Assembly (NCBI GenBank): GCA_977030845.1
Contig: OZ365111.1
Coordinates: 10,850,001 to 10,914,000 of the forward strand
Length of the DNA: 64,000 nt
Source of the DNA: Fimbriosthenelais zetlandica
Lineage: Eukaryota
Direction of reading: 5' to 3'
The notes under the pieces are model-generated. The model was not told the origin of the DNA and did no database searches. It saw only the letters and a list, made by a program, of their open reading frames with translations. Below are positions 1 through 10,509 of the stretch, piece by piece; position 1 is the stretch's first letter, and each line of letters opens with the position of its first letter. Both the position numbers and the translations under genes were made by a program.

Positions 1-1180
1 ACATAATTCCCGTGTCTACTCTTACATATTATTCAAAAAATAATGTCCAAAAATCCGTGCAACAATTTAGATCGACATGGCCATACTTATAGCGAGTCGA
101 CATTTTGCAGTTGCAGTCAATATATTCTGACACTAGTGACAGACAGGTGGCGCCCCATAGGTGATAATAGCCGCTGTCAAACTTTATAGTTTGCTGTGAA
201 CAGTCTGTCTTGCCCACCTCCAACCGCCACCTATCCACATCAAAGTAAGCATGGGCATCCTGCCGCAACATAATTTACTCGTGCGGAACAGCAGCCTCCA
301 TTGGTGCGTCTGGGAATCATGAGGCCATGCAGGGTGGATTAGTAATTCAAATACAGCGGGGAGGACTGATTAAATTGACTATTTCTACTTCCCTTGCTTA
401 ATATTATTATCACAATGAGACATCCTGTTCTTCTTGATTATTTTATTTGTCTTGTATAATGTTAATATCATTAATATTCTGTCCAATATTTATAGTACAT
501 TCATTTGCATTCATGATTTATGAAAATAGTTAGCAACATTGGAGCTGTGCTAGATTTAGTAATGCTAGATACAGAATTCCCGTTCTTAGCTACATCTAAA
601 TTACCTCGAGACGTAAACAAAGGGGAAAAAGATCATTTTGATTTTGATACTTACTAATCTGCTCTCTACAGATTACACCTCTTAACGCTTTATGCTATTG
701 TTACCTACGATTAATAATATAAAGCTTCCATGTGAAAGAATTAATAAAAAAATATGTCATTAATTAGGCCGAAACATAATTTCTATCAGTATGTGCCATT
801 ATAAAGATGTAAGAAATTTAGATCTTAGAAATAATAGTAAATAATAGAAATAATAATACAATGAATCTGACGTCTTCCCCATTGTTCAGACCTTCATCAG
901 CATCTAGGAGCTTTAGTATGAGATTTCACAAGGCACAGCGCTAGTACAGGTTGATAAGAAAATACACCAATTATAGAAATTAGTCTTCTATATAAGGGTT
1001 TTTAGCACCTATCATTATGATTAATATAGTATATCGTTCTTGGATAACTTGAAGTATTCCAGTAGTGTCATGTAATTATCGTCTTCTTAATTGGAAATTA
1101 ATCTTTCAATCAATGCTTTAAGATGTCTTAAAAATAGATCATTTCATATATTGAAAGAAATCTGTATATATACCGGCAAT

Positions 1181-4100
1181 TTACCAGAACGCATGACGTT
1201 GAGGCCATTTAGCAACTGGCACAGCCCTGGTCCTGAGGAAAAAGTCCAATCAATGAATGAGAACATATAGTTAAATTTTGTAATTAGATAATTAAGTATA
1301 TTTTAACCATTCAATTAAGCATGGCATCCACCTATCCGATTATCGGATCCGATTTTTGTAGGTCTTTTTGTCCACAAAAAATCGGATCCGATCAATTTTG
1401 ACCCGATAATCGGATAGGTGGATGCCAGGCTTTAGAATTCTCATTGGGACTTCCAGCATGACGACACTTTATTGCTATAGAAATAGAAGTTAATGGTGTA
1501 AGGTTTAGCTTGGTACTTACGGTACTCCATAGACATCACCATGATGATGCGGGGGATGAGTGGGTACATTCCATTGACAGCAACAGATGACACAAACAAT
1601 ACAAAGGCAAATGATAAAGGCCACGCAGGCAAAGACCAGAGCAGTGATAGCAATAATCCTAATTCTCCTTTCCACGTCGTCATCACCCTTGTCACAGAAT
1701 GCACCGTAGTAGCCATCATTACACCTGGAAATATTTTTACAAAGATACAATTTTGTTATCGATTTTATGTTTAGAAATTAACTTTACAAATTAATTTCGG
1801 AAGTTTTTGTTATGGATGGGGGAAGGGTTTTCTGTTGAGTCACCTAACGACTCAGCCCATCCAGGGGTACCTTATTTCCCTGTGTATAAACGGCACCTGG
1901 CTATAAACAACACCCCCTGGCCGCTCAGGTTAAAATCCATGTATAAACCGCTGATTTGTTTAGAAATCTACAAAAATCGCTGTTGTATTAACCACAGGCC
2001 GCGATTTATTGTGAAAAAAGTCGCGGCAATTACCGCCAGATTTTTTTAAAGTCAGCGAGAACCACCAAGTCTGAAGATGTAGGGCTCCGCCTGTAAAAAC
2101 CCTGGGGTCAACCAAATCAATTATTTAATTCCTTGATCTCGAGTACATCCGGGACATCTCAAAACCAGTTATCTATTAAGTGGATTGGACCCTCACTTGG
2201 CCAAGGCCGAACCTTTCTATGGGCCTGGTAGACTCGAGGCGCCTATATACTTACTCGCAACGTGGATATCCATGGTCATCATTGACGCATGTACCATAGG
2301 TACAAAGATTTAGTCCATTGTACATGTCACAGGGAGCGTCCTTCCCTATAATAGGCGAAGAGTTCTGGTTAATGACCTATTGGTAAATATGTAAATATTC
2401 GGCATATCCAATGATACATAGAAGGTAGAAAATGCAAATTATACTGAGTTAAATTAATCTTCACTATTTTAAAGCCAGAAACAGTTATCTGACAATTTCT
2501 ACACCTTACACAACATTTTGATCAATGCCATATTCTTAGATCAGACATTGATAGTAAAATAACTATTTTGGTATGTATGTATTTTTGTATCATGCCTAAG
2601 TGAGCGGCATGATTACCAGTTCTGGCAGAAGGAATATATATGGTCAAATGGTATTGTCTCCCTTCCAGAATCGAAGTTCATTTGTTTAGCCAAAAAATCA
2701 ATACACCCACAATTGTATGGTCCATATGCAACTGGGTAACCTTCGCATGAATCGCCAGTCTGACTGAGTCGGTATCCAGGGGAACATGAACAACGGTAGC
2801 TGCCTGGTGTATTGATACAGTAGTGCTTGTAATCGCCACATGGGTCATTATCACACTCATTTTCATCTGCAAATAATAAGTAAAACCTGATTAGTACCTG
2901 TTTTGCGATTTGTGTTGGGGCCGGCCGTTGCGACTGACATTTCCATAGCAGTTGCAGGTTTCCTCTACTTATGGTGCTTGAGATTCTTGCTTTCACTATC
3001 AAACTCAAACCAGCCATTTTCTTGCAGCAATATCAACAGAATTATCGGCTGTGTACTACAAGTTTTGTGGTTGTTACATTATACACCCTGTTGTACAAGG
3101 AACCTCGGCAATGGCGAAGGTCGACAAGCTTTTGCTTTGTACTGTTTTATTGATAAAAAGTCCTTGGACAATTGCTTGTCAAATATTAAGTCACTTTTTA
3201 AATATTTACCTTCACATTCGTAAAGAGTTGTCCATTCACCATTGGCCTGACATTCAACATCAAATTCCTTCCTCCCCTCTGGGGCTGTGCTCCTGTAACC
3301 AGGCTTACACTCGTAGGTCACTTTCTTTGTAAAGAGGAAGGATGAACCAGTGCGTTCAGCATTGCAGATCACTCCAGGATCACCACAGCTTATCTCTGGT
3401 GAAAGAAGTTTTCTTGTTTAAATCGAATGAACAGTGACCTTTGTTTAAAGCTTCAATGAGGAAAATTCCTCAGACATCGACTCCTTAACTCCAAACGAAA
3501 TCTCTTCCCCAAATGTCAAGCATAGAGTTTCAGTGTCGCACCATAATATTTGTAGAATGTAGCAAAGGGAGCATTCACCAAATAAGATATTCAAGGATGA
3601 ATGACATGAGGTTGAGTAATACTTACTACGGCAGTGAGGTATAGGCAGAGGTTCCCATCGACCTGACTTAGCGCAGTAAATCTCAAAATTTCGTCTTTCT
3701 GTTGGGTGAGTGCCTAAATTGACAGGTGTGCCGAAAAAGGCATTGTCAATAGCATAACCTTCGGTACATTCACAATCCACGACGTCCCCGAAGCTGCCCG
3801 ACTGTGGTACACACACAGCATTGAGTATGTTTGGAATGTCCCCGCATGGTATTCCTGCAATATCACAGGCCTTAATTATTGAAGTTCTTTACAATATATC
3901 TAACTGATAATTTCCACAAGAGCTTACGATTTAAAAAGAAACTTGTTGCACTCAATCTCAGAATCTCCTGATTTTAATTAATCAGTTAATCGTGCCACTA
4001 TAATGCCTATATGCAACGTAAACTCGCGCAAGTCTTTGATTGATTTTTCAGTGTTAAACTAACCAATAATAAGACCCTTGCTTACTTGAGCAAGTTACAC

Positions 4101-7100
4101 CATCTCCTGTGTAACCCCACCTACAAATACAGATAAAGGCGCCTGGGACATCATAGCAGTCAGCATTATCATCGCATGGATCCAAACTGTCGCAAAGACT
4201 AAATTCTGTAATGATAAGATTTGATTCTTAACATAAGGGTACATGCATTCTAAATGTACATCAATCGAGATATGATTGAGGCTATGCAGATAAAACGTTC
4301 AATCGTTTCCCAATCTTTCACCAGGAAGTTTTGCACTTGACAAACAAGTAGGAAGTTGCAATTTTTTAGGAAATTTAAGGAAATCGCTAAACAGGCCTAC
4401 CTCCACATAAAGCACCCGCATTGGTCCACTGGCCATTGTTACATGTCTTCTGATAGGTGGGGTTATTATTATATTGGTAACCCTGTAGACAGTTATACAC
4501 TACCACATCTCCCTGGAGACCAAGTGTTGGTCCATGAACAGCATTAGGATCTGTGCCAGGATCTCCGCACGGTATTGCTGCAATACAGTATGCACACAAA
4601 AAATGCATTCATTTCTTAATTACTTTTTCCTGAACCTAACTTAATTGAAAGAGGAAGTTTTTTTACATGTAATAAAATAGATATCTTCATGGTGTCATAC
4701 ATATCAACAATTAATACTAAAACTAATTAATCACAGTTAAAAGTGTCATTAACTGTAATTAGCATTACAAGTTTGCATAAAAATATAGGAGGCAATTAAA
4801 ATACTAGTTATTTCAGGTCAACAGCCTCAAGGAAGCGATGCATGAATACACGAATCGGTCTCCTTATTAAAACGGCTATACTTACGTTCACAGTATGGTT
4901 GGCTGCATCCACACCAGCGTCTATCCCAGCAAGTCAGACTGAACGCTACTGCGTCTGGGTCATTAGAGGGCCTGTATCCACTTTCACATAACACTCTCAC
5001 TCGGCTTGTCTGCGGAGCCAGGGGTATAGGTTGATTTTGAGCGTTGTCTATAGTCAGTGGTGGACACACCTCCTCTGAAATGAAAACACGTGAGGAAATT
5101 AGTATGTATTCGTTAGTTCATAACGATAAACATATATATATAAACTCTCCATCTGTAAATATCAAGACTATAAGAAAGGAAACATCATGTTTTCATACTT
5201 AATATAGAAAACGCACAAAATATCTTCTCGAAGACTATGTGTACATGTATGTCAGTATTGACTGACATAACATGGTTTTCTTTTAAAACAAAGCCTAAAG
5301 TCTTCAGTTGCTTCAGAAAGTGAAATTATTTAGGATTTCAGTATTTAGCATTACTGAAAAGCCACTTATGAAAGCATGTTGGAATATTTTGGCCAATGGT
5401 TACCTGCACATTCATCTGATGGATCATTGGGGTTGTCAAACAACTTCCAGTTATGGCAGACGCATGTGTAAGAGCCTTCAAGATTCTGGCAAGCACCCCC
5501 TGGACCACAGGGTAATACCAGAGTATTACACTCATCAATATCTGAAAGCATATATATAAACTTTATTTATATTTATATGATATGTATTGTGGTTGTTTTA
5601 CCTTAAAGGGTACCTAAATCCAGTGGTGTAGTTCCTCTAGGCCTAAAACCAATTTTGGTGCGATTTACTATTGTTTCGGCCAACTGCATTTGTCCTCAAT
5701 ATGTTCCTGATAAGATTATGAATCTACCCCAGTATGCCGATATAAGTATCCATGGAAACAAAAATAATCACTTCAACACAATAAATTATAATATTACTGT
5801 TACAAATCAAGACACTTCATGTTATAAACCATGAGCTCACCGACACATCCATCTCCATCAAAGTATTCATCGCCTGGATTAATTGCCTCATAACCACTTT
5901 CGCAGGTACATGTAAAGCTCCCTGGTTCATTCTCGCAGACTGTATTTTCAGCACAGGGGTCAATACATTCACAATGTTCATCAAATGGTCCTTGACAGTT
6001 ACACAGCAAACCATCTTTACACTCATCTCGATCTGTCATGGAAATTGAGTCAGACATTCATGTTTTGAATCGGGAACAATTTTTTTTACAAGTTTCAAAG
6101 AGGTTCAGGATGGGGATAACAGTATGGTAAATCATTAATGCGTACTGTATAATGTATTCACTAATATTGAAATTATACTGAAGTTGTATATTGGAACTAT
6201 TCTAATTTGTTCCTACCATAGCATACAACTGCTGCAAGTCCACGATCACCTCCTAGTGGTATACCGGCTGGTATCTCACAGTCATCAGCGTTAGCTGCAG
6301 CAAGGACTGATGGTGCTACAAAAGCATCACTGTAACAGTCCTCAAAGCATTGTTCTTTGCAGTCAAGTAATTCTTGATAACCATCTTCAGTAAAAGCGCT
6401 GGGTGGATTCCCATTCACTACGACATACTGATTACCAACCACAGCATTTGTTTGATGCCGTCGACATCTGTGGTGTTAGAAGTAAATTAGGAGAACAAGT
6501 AATATTTGGCAAAACCTAGAGTAATTAAGCAGTCTGTAAAATAGAATGTTTTGGGGGGTTATTATTGCATCAGGGCCGGAGAGATATGTGCTTGTGAATA
6601 ATTTTGCCCTCGAATGGTAGCAGGTTTGAAAACCCAGCTGGAATTGGCATTCTGTAGGAAGAGCCTCCCATGTTTTAAGCTTTATGATTGGATCAGAAGA
6701 ATATTGTTTTGAAAATGTTTTGATTTCTGTATCGGACACAACATATATCACTTTCTTGAAATGCATTTTTTTAAGCAGAACCTCTGAATCTTGGCTCCGT
6801 TGGCCCTTAATAAATAGAATAGTTTGTAGCCAACTGTAAAGCGACCCCCTGGGCGAAAAATTACCAGATATTGAAAAAAAACAACAATCAGGATAGGCAA
6901 CATACATTAAGTTCGATTTCTAGGGAAAGATCAACATGCCACTTACGGCACATTATCCATTGAAAATACATCAGTTTTTCATTGAAAATACTGACCACAC
7001 TGGCTGCGTCTCTCCGTTCACCCCCATCCCCGACGTTTTGTTACAATATCGAGTGTTGTCCAAATCATGATTTATTTGTAAGAAAGCTTACGTGGCAAGT

Positions 7101-7820
7101 CTGTAATTCCTGGTGGTGTCAAGGTTGATACCAGTTTGCCAGCAGAATCTCTCAGCTGCTCTATCTGTCATGACAGCGCAGATTTGAGCAACAATATCCA
7201 AAGGAGCGCCAATATCCTCTGCTCTGAAGACGAAACCCGAGCATACAGGCAGCGAGTTCTTCAATTCGCTTGTAAAGTCTTGCTGACCGAAAGCGGTGTA
7301 GATGTTGTCTGTAAAGGTATATAACACATTTGATATGACTGAATGTACTTGAATAATGGTTACTTGTACATCTGGAACCCATTTAAACAAAAATTAGCCA
7401 TAGACTTAGCATGGTAATTTTTGTTTTGAAATAGGTCCCTGATACTAGATTCCATACTTTCATAGGCCTCATGGAGTAGGAAGCTATGGGCTATAATTCA
7501 CTCGGCCATCAGATCGTGAGTGAATAGATAATACGCGAACAAAAATTCGGCTCCCTTAGACATGAGCGTTACTGTATAGGTCACAGCTATTTTTTTAAAT
7601 GAAATTACTAGAAATAGCCCTAATCTGACAGATAACAATTTAATCAGTCTGTTACTTATAACATCAGAAAAAAAATGCAATGCCATGAGTTCAACTTACC
7701 CGCAGCACATGCATCAGACGGATTAAAAGGGGTTAGAGGTCCTCCAATAACAATAGAACCTAGGGCCTGGGTATTGCTAATTAGCAGACCGATTAACAGC
7801 ACCTGAGTCACGCCCAACAT
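1181..7820 (-). CDS. Type I transmembrane EGF/cbEGF and sushi (CCP) repeat protein, about 763 aa, 14 coding exons
   Basis: Hand-spliced exons, all GT-AG and phase-compatible: 7820-7700, 7308-7092, 6467-6217, 6032-5841, 5541-5404, 5074-4886, 4577-4401, 4205-4086, 3854-3627, 3395-3210, 2866-2741, 2345-2255, 1724-1521, 1232-1181 (2292 nt). Signal peptide [21 protein letters not shown]. cbEGF starts DRDEC/DIDEC/DENEC with C-x-N-x-x-G-S-F/Y-x-C cores. Four sushi modules (C..P...Y/V.C..GY...C...G/R.W...C). [26 protein letters not shown]. Exons 4205-4086, 2345-2255 and 1232-1181 are absent from the ORF track. The donor at 2740 (GTTACC) is weak and the C-terminal end (HAFW*) is less certain. Confidence 0.9.
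1317..1432. mobile_element. MITE-like inverted-repeat element in the last intron of the EGF/CCP gene
   Basis: 30-bp terminal arms AAGCATGGCATCCACCTATCCGATTATCGG and CCGATAATCGGATAGGTGGATGCCAGGCTT (1 mismatch), plus an inner inverted pair TCGGATCCGATTTTTGT / ACAAAAAATCGGATCCGA. No clear target-site duplication. Confidence 0.65.
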
Positions 7821-8300
7821 CCTGAAGGCGTTACCTATAATGTTAAAAGCATTCATAAAATTATTAGGACTGGACAGGGGCCCATAAGAGGATCTCATAA
7901 GAAAAGCTACATAGGACTATTATTTGTCCAGATGGGAACTGAAAATTTTAATCTATAGCTTTAAATGGAAATAAAATCATTGGTGCGCAGCATTTGAACT
8001 GATGTGGGCGGCCGACTACATTCAAGGATAGATTATTGCGGAGTACACCCACTATTGCGATAGATAACTAAGATAGCAGTTAAGTTATACGATATATAGG
8101 AAATATGCCTACCTACAATGTAGCCAGAATTTATTTCACATTCAATTTAATTAAATCTTTTCAAATATATTCGGATTTGACAGAGCTTAAAGGTTCAAAA
8201 ATGAATTTTGGCTAATGGTATATTTGTCCTGTCGCATAGCCTATCTTAATTGCTATCTTACTGGTCTACGTAATAGTGGGGCTTTACAATAAATGTATCC

Positions 8301-8332
8301 TTCCTGGAACTTTGAACTTCCTGGAACTTTCC
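8301..8332. promoter_or_regulatory. Two tandem STAT (GAS) sites with an overlapping kappaB-like site
   Basis: TTCCTGGAA at 8301-8309 and 8318-8326 (perfect TTCN3GAA), GGAACTTTCC at 8323-8332. About 480 bp upstream of the EGF/CCP ATG, probably inside a 5'UTR intron. Confidence 0.5.
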
Positions 8333-8500
8333 GTGTTTTGGGGGCTAAAGGAGGGCAATGAGCTGCATTAATTTCAACCAATGATCCGTCTATGGACTAA
8401 TGTACCACTTTATTCCCCTGAAAAGTTCCAATTTATCTATATTTCTCTGTTTTTTACTGTACTCAACTGAATCTCTTGACTATGTGTATTAAGAACTCAC

Positions 8501-8600
8501 CTTTTAATTTGCAGAATCCTTAAAGATAAGAAAGAGGGAGGCGCAAAGTGGACCGATCGGTGCCAGCTTACCCCACGCACTGGGATAACACGCAATTAAG
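8501..8600 (-). other. Probable non-coding 5' exon(s) of the EGF/CCP gene
   Basis: The ATG exon is preceded directly by an acceptor (TTCAG|GATG, AG at 7823-7822), which implies an upstream exon. Strong minus-strand donors lie at 8500 (AAG|GTGAGT) and 8571 (GGG|GTAAGC). The upstream boundary is unknown. Confidence 0.45.
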
Positions 8601-10509
8601 ATGGAATTTGGTAAGTGTTTTTTTTTTAAATTTTAATATGCAAATTGAAGGTGTTCGCCTCATTCATTGGCTGACATTACTCCCTCAAATTCTTCAGGAC
8701 TAATTGTACGGTTGAATATAATTATATGTGTGCATGTACATGTCCTACTGGTTTGTCCACCTGGGGCATGCAATGCTTTTCTCTCCTCGTGCTCCTTATT
8801 ACCAAATCCCCCCCCCCCCTTTTCCTTTTATGTTAGTAGCCCAACCCTGACCCTCCATATTGTCTAATGTAACACATCGTCATTTTTCTAAAGCGCACGT
8901 TATCACACTGAATCTAGATTGTTGAGATTCCACCCTTGAATAGACTTGCATCGTGGCTTGGGATTTTTTAGGACTTTCAGAAAAGTATTTTAACGGCATT
9001 TTCTATATATATATATGAAGTGATGTCCAGAGATGGAAATTGGATTCCTTTTTTCACGACTCACAACGTCTCCTTAACATTATCTAGGACCGAAGTAGCG
9101 TCCAATGGGAATAATTTTGTGAAAAATCGGTTTAAATGTTCAATGACTTGCTAGGATTTCAGTCGTCAATTCTGCAGTAACATTTGGACCTTAATAAATC
9201 ATTTTTAATTCAAAATGGGACTTATATAGTGGAACTTATATACCGTAAAAATATGTATACATACACATGTAAGTCCACTTCTTGGTGGGTTAAAGTTGGT
9301 ATGTTAAAATTACATGATATTCTCCTTGATCAAAATTGGAGCAAACATTTTTATCACTTCCTGATTACTTGTATCATTCGATGCCATTTCACATTTTGAA
9401 CTTCAGGGACCATTTCATATTTCAGTAGGGTTGGTGAATGATAATAATATGTCTGTACATGTGGTAATGTACGCTTCTGAATGATGCCCCAGGCGTTGTG
9501 CATGATGCAACATGTTAATCTAGCATGGCTAATAACTATAAGTATCTTTTTTTCTATCAAAATGTTGAACTATATACCGTAGTTTTATACATAAAAATGC
9601 CCCTGTCTTATAATTTCATCTGCTTCAATAATTTGGTCAAATCGTGCCGTTCGCTGCCATTTGTATGCACCGACGAAAGGGCATTTTATTTTTAATGGTC
9701 TGTGTGAATTGCTTTTCCTATGGAAATATAATTAGCCCTGGATGATGCATGGATGTATGGATGAACAAATAGATGGACAGAAAGGTCCATGTGAGACCTT
9801 GTATCAAGAGTAGTTCTTGCTCGTATCGTCTATGAGGAAGAACATAGGGTCACCTGGGTGTTAGTGGCAGATGTGACGTATTCAGGTCATCAAAATGACA
9901 AAAATATAAGTTAAATGGTATCTATTTAACATCATCATACTAGCGAGTGATGCGCATCGTGGATATACTAATGAGACTCAATTATTTTATATTAAAAGAC
10001 CATGACACCGGATTGTTATTAAGCTGTTGCAAAGCTCTCTTCATAATTTGGTGCTTCCTGCATCCTAACATGTATTAATCACATGGGGCATATTTAACCT
10101 GGATAGAAATAGAATGTGTCTCATTAAAAAATTAAACCATATCAAATACATTTGCAAAATTTATTCTTAACACTATAGAGCGTACAATATTTTTAATATT
10201 GTTTTATATTAGAAATCTTCATCTGGGAATTATTCTTTTTACTTCATTTGAAGCTGCATACAATGTTCATAATTATATGAGAAATATGGGTCATAATAAT
10301 TAGAAGCTTATCATCAACCAATCTCCTCAACATTTATATAATGTTCTTGCTGTCTAAACTGGCACTAGTTATGACTGATCATACAATCTAAAAATGTTCA
10401 GAATGACTGCTGTAATATTGACTGTCATTGAGAGAGGATTAATTGGTTTCATCATAGATAGTTCTATGGTTTGATACCTCACATTCTTTTCCGAAGTTTT
10501 TGTTTCATT

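Noticed and set aside
29-271. 80-aa minus-strand ORF as a terminal exon of the EGF/CCP gene
   Set aside because: No phase-compatible acceptor links it to the upstream exon, the CDS already terminates at 1181, and no domain is recognisable.
5603-5760. TTAAAGGG-starting element (second Kolobok-like copy), and a similar start at about 27792
   Set aside because: No matching right end (CCCTTTAA / CCTTTAA) was found.
6476-6907. 143-aa ORF
   Set aside because: It lies inside the phase-2 intron between two well-fitting exons, has AT-rich low-information composition and no matching splice sites.
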